A stretch of DNA of 64,000 nt from the human T2T-CHM13v2.0 reference genome, Homo sapiens: the NCBI RefSeq assembly GCF_009914755.1, contig NC_060941.1; one strand, given 5' to 3'. The position numbers and the translations under genes were made by a program. This document shows, one piece after another, positions 1-18,572 of the stretch. The stretch's first letter is position 1, and the number at the start of each line of letters is the position of its first letter. The notes under the pieces are model-generated. The model saw only the letters and a list, made by a program, of their open reading frames with translations, was not told the DNA's origin and did not search any database.

Positions 1-1253
<1,253 letters not shown>

Positions 1254-2250
1254 TGAATCTCTTAAACACAGCTTTTAAAGCTCACACATTTTAATATGAC
1301 ACATTTTCATCATAATTTACCTCAAAATATATTCTCATTTCCATTGTGATTTCTTCTTTGATCTATGAGTTATTTAGACAAAATTGACTAAAGTTTTAAG
1401 CTTTGAGATATTATAAAAATAAATCATTTTATTGTTGGTGTTAATTTAATTCCATAATGGTTAAAGAACACATTCTATGTGTTCAAACCTTTTCTATTTT
1501 TGAGATTAGCTTTGTAGTCCAACATAGAGAGTCAGTTTGATAAATGTTCCACGTGTATTTGAAAAAATGTATATGCTGAAGTTGTTGGTTACAGACATGT
1601 CAACTAAGTAAATTTTGCTTGTAGTGTTTTTCTACTCTAATGACATTTTCAGAAAAAAAAATGAAAGCTGAATGAATTTGTTACTAGAATAACAATATTT
1701 CACTATGAGAAAATCTGAAGGGAAATGATTCCAGTGGAAACACAGATCTTCAGGAAGTAAACAACAGCACTGTAAATGATCAGGAGCAAGACAAGAAGCA
1801 TCTCCTATTCCTTTTCAACATTGTTCTCAACGTCCTAGGCAGTGCAATAAGGTAAGATAAAAAGAAACAGAGACATAAGGATTAGAAAGAAAGAACTTAA
1901 AATGTCATATACAGGTAACATGATTATATACATAGGAAATACAAGGAGATCTACAAAAACTACTAGAATGAAGTGAATTTCTCAAGATCACAGGAATTAA
2001 GCTAATATACAAAAATCACTTGAATTTCTATATACTAATAAGAAATTAGAAATTAAAGTTTTAAAAATCCATCTATTGTATCATCAAAAATAGAATAAGA
2101 ATAAGAATAAATTTAACAAAAGATGTGTAAGACCTCTATACTGAAAACTACCACACATACTCAAGGGAAAATGAAGAAGGACCTAAATAAATGAAGAGCT
2201 ATATACCACATTTATGGAGCAGAAGGCTCGATAATGTTAAGCTGTCAATT

Positions 2251-2577
2251 TAGGATGGAGCTGGAGGCCATTATCTTTAGCAAGCTAACACAGAGACAGA
2301 AAACCAAATACTGCATGTTCTCACTTATAAGTGGAAGCTAAATGATGAGAAGACATGGTCACATGCAGGGAAACAACACACACTGGGGCCTTTCAGAGGG
2401 AGGATCTGAAAGATCCTACCCACACTGGGCGGAGGGAGAGGATCAGGAAAAATAACTAATGGGTACTAGGCTTAATGCCTGTGTGACAAAATAATCTGTA
2501 CAACAAACTCCCATGACAGAAGTTTACCTATGTAACAAACCTGCACTTGTATCCCTGAACTTAAAAGTTTAAAAAAA
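2251..2577 (+). mobile_element. L1 3' end (older L1PA/L1PB type) inserted in an old L1M
   Basis: L1 3'UTR motifs ending GAACTTAAAAGTTTAAAAAAA. Confidence 0.8.
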
Positions 2578-3012
2578 GTCAATATAATCCCAATTAAGTC
2601 CCCATGGTCTTTTTTTTCTTAATTTTTTCCAACTGTTATTTTAGGTTCAAGGGGTACATGTGTAGATTTGTTACATGGGTAAATTGCATGTCGTGGATGT
2701 CTGGTGTACAGATTATTTTGTCACCCGAGTAATGAACATATTAATCAGTCGTTAATTCTTCAAATTTCACCTTCCTCCTACCCTTGACCCCCAAATAGTC
2801 CCTGGTGTCTATTGTTCCCTTCTTTGTGTTCATGTGTACTCAATGTTTTCCTCCCACTTATAAGAGAGAACAAGCAGTCTTTAGTTTTCTGTTTCTGTAC
2901 CAATTTGCTTAAAATAATGACCTCCAGCTCCATCTATGTTGCCTCAAAGAATACGATTTTATACCTTTTAATGGCTGTATAGTACTCCGTGATGTATATG
3001 TACCAAATTTTC

Positions 3013-6240
<3,228 letters not shown>

Positions 6241-9200
6241 ATCACATTTTCCTTATTTTGTCCACTGTTGATAGGCATCTAGGTTAATTCCACATCTTTA
6301 ATATTGTAAGAAGTGCTGTGATGAACATGTGTGCATGTGTTTATGGTAGAATGATTTGTATTCCTTTGGGTATATACCCGTTAATGGGATTGCTGGGTCA
6401 AATTGTAGTTCTGTTTTAAGTTCTATGAGAAATCTGCAAACTGCTTTCCACAGTGGCTGGATGAGTTTACATTCCCAGCAGCAGTGCATAAGCATTCTTT
6501 TCTTCACAACCTTGTCATCATCTGATATTTTTTTGACTTTTTAATAATAGCCATTCTCAGTGATGTGAGATAGTATCTCACTGTGGTTTTAATTTGCATT
6601 TCTCTGATGATTAGTGATGTTGAACATTTTTTCATATGCTTGTTGGCCACATGTATGTCTTCTTTTGAAAGACATCTATTCATGTTTTTTGCCCATTTTA
6701 ATGGGTTGTTTTATGCTTTTTAATTTAAGTTCCCTATAGATTCTGCACATTAGACCCTTGTTGAATGCCTAGTTTGCAAATATTTTCTCCCAGAGAACAA
6801 AGACTGTCTGTTTACTCAGAGATGATCATATGGTTTTGTTGATAATTTCTTTTGCTATGCAGAAGCTCTTTGGTTTAATTAGGTTCACTTGTAAATTTTT
6901 GTTTTTGTGGCAATTACTTTCGGAGACTTTGTCATAAAATCTCTGCCAGGGCCTATGTTCAGAATGATATTTCCTAAGTTTTCTTCTAGGGTTTTTATAA
7001 TTTTAGGTTTTACATTGAAGTCTTTAATTCATCTTGAGCTGTTTTTTGTGTATGGTGAAAGGAAAAAGTCCAGCATACACCTTCTGTATATGGCTAGCCA
7101 GTTATCGCAGCACCATTTATTGAATAGGGAGCCCTTTCCCCATTGCTTGCTATTGTCGACTTCGTTGAAGATCAGATGGTTGCAGGTGGACAGTTTTATT
7201 TCTGGGTTCTCTAACCTGTTCCATTGGTCTATGTGTCTGTTTTTATATCGTTGCCATGCTGTTTTGTTTTGTTTGTTGTAGCCTTGTAGTATAATTTGAA
7301 GGCTGGTAATGTGATGCCTCCAGCTTTGTTTTTTGTTTGTTTTTTGTTTGTTTGTTTGCTTAGGATTGCTTTGATTATTCAAGCTCTTTTTTTTTGGTTC
7401 CATATGAATTTTATAATTCTTTTTCTAATTTTCTGAAAAATATCATGTGTATTTTGATAGGAATACCTTTTAATGTGTAAATTTCCTTGGGGAGTATGGC
7501 ATTGTAACAATATTGATTCTTCCTATCCGTGAGCGTGGAATGTTTTTCCATTTGTTTGCATTACTTCTGATTTATTTCAGCAGTATTATGTAATTCTTGT
7601 TGTAGAAATCTTCACCTCCCTGGTTCGCTGCATTCCTAGGTATTTTATTCTTTTTTGTGGCTGTTGTGAATGTGATTGCATTCTCAATTTGGCTATCAGC
7701 TTGAACATTATTAATGTATAAAAATTGCTACTGATTTCTGTACACTTATCTTGTATCCCAAAACTTTGCTGAACTGGTTATCAGATCTAAGAGGCTTTGG
7801 GCAGAGAATATGCAGTTTTCTAGGTGTGGAATCATATCGCCTGTGAGTAGAGATAGTTTGATTTCCTCTTCTTATTTGAATACTTTCTATTTCTTCCTTT
7901 TGCCTGATCGCTCAGGCTAACACTTCCAGTACTATGTTGACTAGGAGTGGTGAGTGTGAACACCCTTGTCTTATTCCAGTTCTCAAGGGAGATGCTTCTT
8001 GCTTTTGCCTGTTTTGTTTGATCTTATCTGTGGGTTTGTCAAAGAAGGCTCTTATTATTTTGAAGTATGTTCCTTTGATGACTAGTTTGTTAAGGTTTTT
8101 AACATGAAGGAGTGTTGGATTTTATTGAAAGCCTTTCCTGCATCTATTGAGATGATCATGTGGTTTTTGTTTTTAGTTATGTTTATGTGATGAATCACAT
8201 GTATTGATTTGCATATCTTTAAACCAACCTTTCATCCCAGGAATAAAGTCTTCTTGATTATAGTGAATTAGCTTTTTCATGTGCTGCTGGATTCAAATTG
8301 CTAGTATTTTGTTGAGGATTTTTGAATTTATGTTCATCAGGAATATTGGCGTGAGGTTTTTGTTGTTTTTTTTTGTGTCTCTGCCAGGTTTTGGTATCAG
8401 AATGATGCTGGCGGGGGAGAAATCAGTTAGGGAAGAGTCCCTCCTCCTTAATTTTTGGGAATAGTTTTATTAGGATTGGTACCAGCTCTTTATACATTTG
8501 ATAGAATTTGACTGTGAATCCATCTGGTCTGGGTTTTTTTTGGTTGGTTGGTTTTTTTAACTGATTCCATTTTGAAACTCATTATTGGTCTGTTCAGGGA
8601 TTCAGCTTCTTCCTGGTTCAGTCTTGGAAGGTTGTATGTTTCCAGGAATTTATTCATTTATTCTAGGTTTCCTAGTTTGTGTGCGTGAAGTGTTCATAAT
8701 AGTCTTTGAGGGTTTTTTTTGTATTTCTGTGGGGTCAATGATAATGTCCTCTTTGTCATTTCTGATTGTGTTTATTTAGATCTTCCTTCTTTTTTTCTTT
8801 ATTAGTCTAGCTATTGTCTGTCAATCTTATTTATTCTTTCAAAGAACCACCTTTTGGTTTTGTTTATCTTTTGCATGGTTTCTCATGTCTCCATTTCATT
8901 CAGTTCAGCTTTGCTTTTGGTTATTTCTTTTCTTCTGCTAGTTTTGGGGTTGGTTTGCTCTTGTTTTTCTAGTTCTTCTAGATGTGATGTCAAGTTGTTA
9001 ATTTGAGATCTTTCTCACTTTTTTATGTGGTTATTTAGCCCTATAAACTTCCCTCTTAACACTGCCTTAGCTGTGCCCCAGAGATTCTGGTGCAATGTAT
9101 CTTTGTTTTCATTAGATTCAAATAATTTCTTGATTTCTTCCTTAATTTCTGGTTTACACAAAAGTCATTCAGACCGAGATTATTTAATTTCCATGTAATT

Positions 9201-10284
9201 ATATGGTTTTAAGAGCTCTTCTTGGTATTGATTTCTATTTATTGTACTGTGGTCTGAGAGTGTGATTGGTATGATTTCGATTTTCTTTGATTTGTTGAGA
9301 ATTGCTTCATGGTTAAGCATGGTGTCGATTTTAGAGTATGTGCCATGAGCGGATGAGAAGAATGTCTATTCTATTGTTGTTGGGTATTCTATAGATTTCT
9401 GTTAGGTTCATTTCATCAAGTGTCAAGTTTAGGTCTCAAATATCATAATTAGTTTTCTGCCTCGATTATGTCTAACACTGTTAGTGGGGTTTTGAAGTCT
9501 CCCATTATTATTATGTAGCCATCTAAGTGTCTTTGTAGGTCTCTAAGAACCTGTTTTATGAATTTTAGTGCTCCAGTGTTGGGGGCACATATATTTAGGA
9601 TAGTTAAGTCTTCTTGGTGAATTGAACCCTTTATCATTATGTGATGCCATTTTTTGCCCTTTTTGATCATTGTTGGTTTAAAGTCTATTTGTCTGAAATA
9701 AGAATAGCAACCCCTGCTTTTTTATTTTCTGTTTTCTTGACAAATTTTTCGCCATCCATTTAATTTGATCCTGAGGGTGTCACTGAATGTGAGAGATGGG
9801 TCTCTTGAACACAGTATACAGTGGGTCTTGCTTCTTTATCCAACTTGCCATTCTGTATCTTTTAAGTGGGGTGTTTAGCCCATTTACATTCAAGGTTAAT
9901 ATTGATATGTGCAGATTTGATCATGTTATCACCTTGTTAGCTGATTGCTATGCAGACTTGACTGTAGAGTTGCTTTATAATGTCAATGGTCTATGTGCTT
10001 TGTGTTTTTTGCCACAGTCTTTTTTATAGAGAAATTGATATGTATGTGAAAAGGACCTAGAATAGCCAAAACAATCTTTAAAACAATAAAATAGAAGGAT
10101 GGGCACTACCAGATTTCAAGACTTCCTATAAGGTGATAATTATTAGGATAGTATAATATAGGCATAAGGATAGACAAACAGATCAATAGAGCAAAGTAGA
10201 GAGTTCAGAAATATACATATATATGTATGTATGTATCTAACTATATATAGATTAGGTATCTATTGATAGATAAATAAATGGATC

Positions 10285-10342
10285 TGTATTAGTCGTGACT
10301 CTTCAGAGAAATAGAACATATACATACATACACACACATATG

Positions 10343-10395
<53 letters not shown>

Positions 10396-10892
10396 GTTGA
10401 TTGATTGATTGTAAGGAATTGGCTCACAGAATTATGAAGGCTGACATGTCTCAGGATCTACAGAATGAGTCAGGAAGATGGAGACCAGGAGAACCAATGA
10501 AGTGGCTCCAGTCAAAACCCAAAGACCTGAGAACCATGAGAATTGATGGGTAGTTCCACTGCAAAGGCCAGCTGGCTAGACACCTAGGAAGAGCTATTGT
10601 TTCAGTTTCAGTCCAAAAGGATGGAAAAAGCTGATGTCCCAGTCCATAGGAAGTCAGGCAAAATAATTCTCTCTAACTCAAGTGAGGGTCAGCCTTTTTG
10701 TTTAATTCAAGCCTTCAACTGATTGGACGAGGCCCACTCACATTAGAGGAAACAATCTACTTTACACCGTCTACCTATTTAAATGTTAATCTCATCCAAA
10801 ACACTCTCATAGAAATACCCAGAATATTGTTTGACCAAATATTAGGGCACTCCATGGCCCAGTCAAGCTGACACATAAAAGTAACCATAACT
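10285..10892. mobile_element. MLT2-type (ERVL) solo LTR with internal (TA)n(GA)n microsatellite
   Basis: TGTATTAGT start, AAGGAATTGGCTCAC motif, CCCAGTCAAGCTGACACATAAAA end. Confidence 0.75.
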
Positions 10893-11408
10893 ATAAGTAC
10901 ACACCCAGACACATTCACATATTGATTTCATTTTTAAGAAAGTCATCAATCCAATGAAGAAATAAAAAGTCTTCCAAATAAATTATGCTGGAGCAACCAG
11001 ATATCTGTATGAAAAAAAAATAAGTTTCTCCCTTACCTCACACTATAGACAAAAATTAATTTAAGATGGATGATATACCTAAATACAAAAGCTAAAGCTA
11101 GAAAACACCTAGAAGAAAGCGTAGGAGAGTATCCTTACAACTTGTGGCAGAAAACCTGTCTTTTTTAAGCAAAACAGAACACATAACCTTACACTTTTAG
11201 AAACGTATATATTAGACTTTATCAATATTGAAAATAATTACTCATCAGAAGATACTATGAAGAATGTAAAAAGATAAGTTAAAGATTAGGAGAAAATATA
11301 TTGTATTACATAGAAAATACTTTAATTCAGACTGGATAGTAAATTTTAAAAATTAATAACAGAAACAGAAAACAACCCAAATAAAAATAGGAAAAAAAAT
11401 GTGAACAG

Positions 11409-13397
11409 GAAGTCCTAACCAGAGCAGTCAGGCAACAGAAAGAAATAAAGGGCATCCAAACTGGAAAAACGGAAGCCAAACCAATTCTGTTTGCCAATGA
11501 TATAATGGTATATGTAGAAAACCCTAAAGATTCCTTCAAAATACTCCTAGATTTGATAAATGAATTCAGTAAAGTCTTAGGTTACAAAATCAATCTGCAC
11601 ATCAGTAGCACTGCTATACACCAACAACAACCAAGCTGAGAATCAAATAAAGAACTGAGTCCCTTTTACAATAGCTGCAAAAATAAAGTAAAATATCTAG
11701 GAATATACTTAACTAAGGAAGTGAAAGATCTCTATGAGGAGCACTACAAAACACTGCTGAAATAAATCATAGATGACTCAAAAAAACGAAAATACATCTG
11801 ATGCTAATGGATTGGAAAAATCAATACTGTGAAAATGATCATACTGCCCAAAGCAATATACAGATTCAATCCAATTCTTATCAAAATACTAACTTCATTT
11901 TTCACAGGATTAGAAGAAACTATTCTAAAATTCACATGGAACCAAAAAAGAGCAAATTCTAAGCAAAAGGTACAAACCAAGAGGTATTGCACTGACTTCA
12001 AATTATACTACAGGGCCATAGTAACCAAAACAGCATGGTACTGGTGTAAAAGTAGATACTGAGACCAATGGAATAGAATAGAGAACCCAGAAATAAAGAC
12101 AAATACTTAAAACCAAATGATCTTTGAAAAAGCATACAAAAACATGCATTGAGGAAAGGACACTCTATTCAATAAATGGTGCTGGGAAAATTTGATAGCT
12201 ACATGTAGAAGAATGAAACTGAATCCCTATTTCTCAGCATATACAAAAATCAACTCAAGATGGACTAAAGATTTAAATCTAAGATTGAAATCATAAAAAT
12301 TCTAGAAGAAAAGCCAGGAAAAACCCTTCCGGATATTGGCCTATGCAAAGAATTCATGGTTGAGACCACAAAAGCAAATGTAACAAAAACAAAAATAAAA
12401 GAAATGGGACCTAATTGAACTAAACAGCTGCTGCATAGCAAAAGAAATAATTATCAGAGTAAACAGACAACCCACAGAACGGGAGAAAATATCTGCAAAC
12501 TCTGCATTCAACAAAGGGCTAATATCCAGGATCTTCAAGGAATTCAAACAAATCAGTAGATAATATTAATAATAATCATCCCAGTTAAAAGTGAGCAAAT
12601 GTCATGAATAGAGAGTTCTCAAAAGAAGATAGATAAACGGCCAAGAAATATGAAAAGAATGTTCAACATCACTAATCATCAGGTAAATGCAAGTTAAAAC
12701 CACAAAGAGATACCACCTTACCTCAGCCAGAATGGCCATTATTAAAAAGTTAAAAAACAATAAATGTTGACATGGATGTGGTAAGAAGGGAACACTTGCA
12801 CACTGCTAGTAGGAATGTAGATTAGTACAACCTCTATGGAAAACAGTATGGTGATTTCTCAAAGAACTAAAAGTAGATCTATCACTTGATCCAGCAATCC
12901 CACTACTGAGTATCTACCCAAAGGAAAAGAAGTCATTATATCAAAAGATCCTTGCATGCATATGTTTATCGCAAAACAATTCACAATTACAAAGATATGG
13001 AACCAACCTAAGTGGCCAGCAACCTATAAATGGATAAAGAAGATTTGATATATATCACCATGGAATACCACTCAGCTATATAAAAAAGAATGAAATATCT
13101 TCTTTTGCAGCAATTTGGATGGAAACGGAAGTAACTCAGAAATGGAAAACCAAATACTATATGTTCTCACTCATAAGTGGGAACTAAGCTATGGGTATGC
13201 AAAGACATACAGAGTGGTATAATGGACATTGGAGATTCAGAAGGGGGAAGGGTGGAAGGAGGGTGAGGGATAGAAAAGTACATATTGGGTAAAATGTACA
13301 CTAATGGGTGCACTAAAATTTCAGACATCACCGCCATACAATTCATCCATGTAATCAAAAACCACTTGTACCCCTAAAGCTATTGAGGTTTTTTTAG
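11409..13397 (+). mobile_element. 5'-truncated L1 (L1PB-like) inserted in an L1M
   Basis: ORF2 homology (11829-12062 [13 protein letters not shown]); TSD AAAAAATGTGAACAG at 11394-11408 and 13398-13412. Confidence 0.88.
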
Positions 13398-13879
13398 AAA
13401 AAATGTGAACAGTCGTTTCACAAAAAATATTCAAATAACCAATAAAAATATAAAAAGGAGCTGAACATCACAAGTCATCAAGAAAAGGCAATTGAATACC
13501 TAATAAAACACTACTACAACCCATTAAAATGGCTACAATAGGGAAGATTGATAATACCATGTATTGATGGAAATATAGAGCAAAAGGAAATCTGATATGT
13601 TGCTGGAGGAAAGTTTGCAAAACTGTTTAGTGCTTTGTGATAAAAGTAAACATATGTTTACCCAATGACCCAGAAATCCCACTTCTAAGTAAGTATTTCA
13701 ATCAATGTATTCCTATATGCATAAAAAGATTGGAACAACAGTGTTCATCACAACTTTATTCATAACAGCAGAAAACTAGAAGCATTTCAAAGATCTAGGA
13801 GAATGGATAAAGTGTGGCGTATTCATCAAATGGAATATTACCTAGCAATAAACACAACAAAAAACTGACATTTTTTTAA

Positions 13880-14158
<279 letters not shown>

Positions 14159-14950
14159 TAACCATAGTAAAGTTATTTTAGAGCTCTCTTTGAAGGAAAC
14201 ACATTTTGATTGATTAAATATCTGAAACTTCAGAAAGCCTACATTTTTCTTCCTTAACCATGTGACATTAGTGTGAGTGGAAACCAAGAGTATAAAGCTA
14301 AGCCCTATGTACTAAAGAAATAACATAAGTTAACCTATTACTACCACATCTTACATTTGGATTTAAATACGAAAAACACAACACAGAAAACAGAAACTTT
14401 TTTTTTTTTAATTAAGATCATAAATAGGTCATTGTTGTCACAACACATTTCAGAATTTTAAAAAAACAAACATTTTGGCTTTCTAAGAAAAAAGACTTTA
14501 AAAAAAAAGTCAATTCCCTCATCACTGAAAGGACTTGTACATTTTTAAACTTCCAGTCTCCTAAGGCACAGTATTTAATCAGGATGCCAATATTACCACC
14601 CTGCTGTAGCAGGAATAAGAGGCAAGGTATTAGCACCAAGAAAAACAGCAAAATTTCTGGACAAAATCATCTGTCATTAAAAAACAAGAGAGAGAAAAAG
14701 ATAGACTAAGTGGTAAGCATTTTAATGAAGAAGGTCCAGTGTTGTTATTCAGTACTTTCTGTTAAAAAAAAAAAAAAAAAGAAATCGAAGTATTTTAACT
14801 CAAGTAGGTTTAATTCACCACAAAAGAGCTATGAGAAAAGAGAGGGGGTTGGTAAAATACAGTATACTTTCTTTAAAAAGGACTTGGGAGGAAAAAAATC
14901 AGCTTAGAAGATCATATGAAAGGGCAAACATCGCATGGAACCCAGTTAGT

Positions 14951-15442
14951 GTCCTAGTTTATTACTAGTCTTCAGACAGATCCAGAAAATAGAGTAAGAT
15001 ACTAGGTAAACATAACACCTAGATACATCCGTAAGGCATTTGTTTCCTATCACATGGCCCATTCTAGCTTAACACCCACCAACTGAGATATAGTGAAATA
15101 CTAAAATTGAATGCTCAGATTATATTTTTATCCAACCAAAAAGTTCTTTAAATATAAAATTAAAAATTCCTCACTTAAAAAAATTTCTCATCACTGGTCA
15201 TCAGAGAAATTTTTCTTAAGTGAGGAATTTTTTAATTTTATATTTAAAGAACTTTTTGGTTGGATAAAAATATAATCTGAGCATCCAATTTTAGTATTTC
15301 ACTATATCTCAGTTGGTGGGTGTTAAGCTAGAATGGGCCATGTGATAGGAAACAAATGCCTTACGGATGTATCTAGGTGTTATGTCTACCTAGTATCTTA
15401 CTCTATTTTCTGGATGTCTGAAGACTAGTAATAAACTAGGAC
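14951..15442. repeat. Long near-perfect inverted repeat (arms 14951-15189 and 15204-15442, 14 nt loop)
   Basis: Arms are reverse complements with about 5 differences over ~238 bp. Confidence 0.97.
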
Positions 15443-15538
15443 GAGTTAATGGGTGCAGCAAACCAACATGGCACATGTATACATATGTAACAAACCTGCA
15501 CGTTGTGCACATGTACCCTAAAACTTAAAGTATAAAAA
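15440..15538 (+). mobile_element. L1PA 3'-terminal ~100 bp with A tail
   Basis: GACGAGTTAATGGGTGCAGCA...ATGTACCCTAAAACTTAAAGTATAAAA. Confidence 0.92.
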
Positions 15539-17534
15539 AAAATTTCACTGAGCATAAGACTTCAGACACAAAAGAGTGCATGCCATATAATTCCATTTAT
15601 GTGAATTTCAAGAACAATCAGTGATGACAGAAGTCAAAGTAGTGGTCACCTCTGGAAGGTGGGACATTGACCAATAAATATTTCTTATGTGTATCATAGC
15701 ATCAAGCATCACTTATTGTCCCAGTAAAATAGACTAAATGCCAAATAGCACTGTATGGTCATAGATAAGTTCTAGTTCTCCCATTTAACGGAACACTATT
15801 CAATCATTAAGAAATTCAGTTATGGACATATGTAAAATGACTTTTGACATAGCATTAACTAACAAACGGAGACCAACATTTATCCAGTAAAATTCCTAAT
15901 ATGCTCACATGGAAAGAAAAAAAGAACAACAGAAATTTTACTGTGATTCTGTGTCAACATTGAGTGTACATGTTGTTTTATAATATTTTTATGATTTTTG
16001 AGATATACTTTTCAAGAGTTCTAAGTCATCGTACATTATTTTTAAAAACATAAATGTGTTTCTACAAAACGCTGCTCCAACAGAAAAGCTTCTGCTTCTT
16101 TGCTTATTCTTAGTACCAGCATGTGCTGAATACACGGTTGTTCCTGTTGGCATTTTCCACTTGGTCATGGGAAGGGGCAGCTCCAGGCAACCCCCCTCGG
16201 AGTTCCCCAGAAGGAAAGGGCAGCAGAAGCTAGAAATGTAAACAACTAAAATGATGATGCAACAACTGGTAAGATGCGAAGTCCCCACTGGAGAGGAAGA
16301 TGGTACACCTCAATTTGTCTGGGACAACCCTGGTTTATTCCTGTCTGGCTTGCAAGATAAAGTATATAATAGTTCTCATACAGAGGAGAGCCCTTATGGC
16401 TTCTTAGACACTCATATCATAAGTAAGTATTCATTTTTGACTGTGTGCTTGTCCAGAGAATGCCCAGAAAAGGGACTGGATTTTCTAGAGTAGAAGCAGT
16501 AAAGCTTGCCCTGGGAGGTGACCAACAATTTATTTCAGATTTGGCCTCCTTTGACATCTGTGTAGTTTGAGAAGTCTTCATAAATGAGACATGATTTATA
16601 CCAGGTCTCAAATGATTCCTGTTTGGGAAGGAATTACAGGTTGATGGAATATTATAAGCAATGCATATAGTGATGGATATAAGAACTGCAGGTGGTATGA
16701 AGGAAGAAGTAAGGAAGTGGTCTTGTAATGTTTTCATGGGCAATGCATGGGTTTTTCTCCCCCAGCATACCAATGGATGTCTCCTCTTCTGCAGGCTTGC
16801 CTTTCTGGAGAGATTCAGCCCTGGAGGCTGAACATATTGATTAGTGCTGGCTTCCTCCCCTTTTCAGTAGCCACTCCAGCAGTTAGACATGTTTCCTATA
16901 AAATGAAAAATTTGCACCATCGTGGTGCTCCTCAGAGCCTTAACAAGTGAAATGAGATAAACAGGGAAAAGTAAAGGCACAAGGTGCCCCAGCTCTGCTT
17001 CCCTGAGCAGTTTTGGTTTTAATCTGTTACGTCAGAACTTACCAATAAGTTACTCCTTGAGAATAGACTTTAGAAGGTAAACAAATATCTGAAAACCACA
17101 ACATTACATACATTTGCCAACACTATTATGTTACTCTCTAAGATTGTGGGCACTAAGATTGCCTAGTACTATAGTGGGCAAGATGGCAGGATGCTTGGGT
17201 TCTAAGATTCTACAGCAACATAATGATTCTAAAATAACAGGATTCTATAGATCTTGGAGACTTCTGTTATATAAAGATTATTGGGTTGGGAAACAGCTGG
17301 CTGAACTTCTACTCTAGACATAACTGCATTACTAACATAGGACCTTCGAAAGTTCTCACTCTGATTGGTGAACCAGGGTAGATTTTCAGGTCTTCATAGG
17401 ACATCATCCATTCAGAACCATCAGCAAATAATCCCAGAAGGTCTCTATTTCTTTCCCCAGTACAGAGTCTCCCTGATTTATGGCAGCAGGTTCTTCTGGA
17501 AAAGGCATGGAAGAAGATTTATAGTATTAGACCT

Positions 17535-17657
17535 ATGAGTTGCCAGATTAAGCAAAAATATTGCAAGAGGTATATCTATGCTTAAAAAGAAAAATCACTC
17601 CCTGTTTATTTGCAAGTCACATTTAACTAACTGCCCTGTATTTCATCTGGCAATCCA
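17535..17657. mobile_element. Small hAT-type DNA transposon remnant (MER53-like)
   Basis: Terminal inverted repeats GAGTTGCCAGAT / ATCTGGCAATCC. Confidence 0.5.
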
Positions 17658-18572
17658 GCATTGCAGGGCCCTTCCTCAAAAAGACCTGGCCTACCCATCC
17701 ATCAGGAGACTTCAGGTCTATAAACTGGCTTAGATCTGATAACTGGGTAAGAGATATGAGCATACTAGCTTTCTGCCCACTAGAATTTTCTACCTTAAAG
17801 TCAAGAAGCACCTTAGTAAGCATCTCATCTATTTCATTTCTAGGGATTCCATAGTCTTAGCTACAAATCCCTGCCAATCAAAGCACTCAGATTCCAACTC
17901 TGGACCTGTGGCTTCTTGGGGTAATTGTGTCCACCCTGTCTCCGCTGTTTAATAAACATTGCTGCCTGGCTTTTGTTGCTCCTGGAACCCATTTCTCTCA
18001 CTGAGATCAGCAACCCCAGTCTCATTGCAGCAGTGATTCTCCAAGAGTGGTCCTCAGACAAGCCTTATCGGTATCACCTGAGAACTTGTTAGAAATACAC
18101 AATTTTGGCACTGTTCTAAGAACTCTCCATGCATTATCTTATTGACTCTCCCAACATCGTAATGAGATAGCGATTACCAATCAGTTTCCTCATGGAGGTT
18201 CAGAGAGGGAAGTAATTTGCTCTGAATCACATAACCAGTAAACGATGGATATAAAACTTGAACCCATGCTTAACTGACCCCAGTTCCCAGGCTCACATTC
18301 TCCTATGTCGTATTAAGTCCTGAATCACAGGAAAGGACAGACAGGAGATTTTACAGCTGGGAAGATTTGAATGTCCTCTCACTCATCCAGTTTATAGGAA
18401 AGTTTGGGGCATATGTGTGTGAGTCAATTTTAAGAGTGTTAGACTGAGAAAAATAACATATAGGGTTCAATCGCCCAAATTCAGAATTTAATGTACTGGC
18501 ACAAGTACCTGGAAGGGATATTAATGGTCAGCTAGATTGGCTAATTGAAGTCTAGACTTAAAAAGAAGTCTA

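Noticed and set aside
14398-14409. Poly-T as the tail of a stand-alone processed pseudogene
   Set aside because: No TSD flanks it, GU-rich genomic-type sequence continues past it, and the best TSD encloses the larger 13894-15538 unit.
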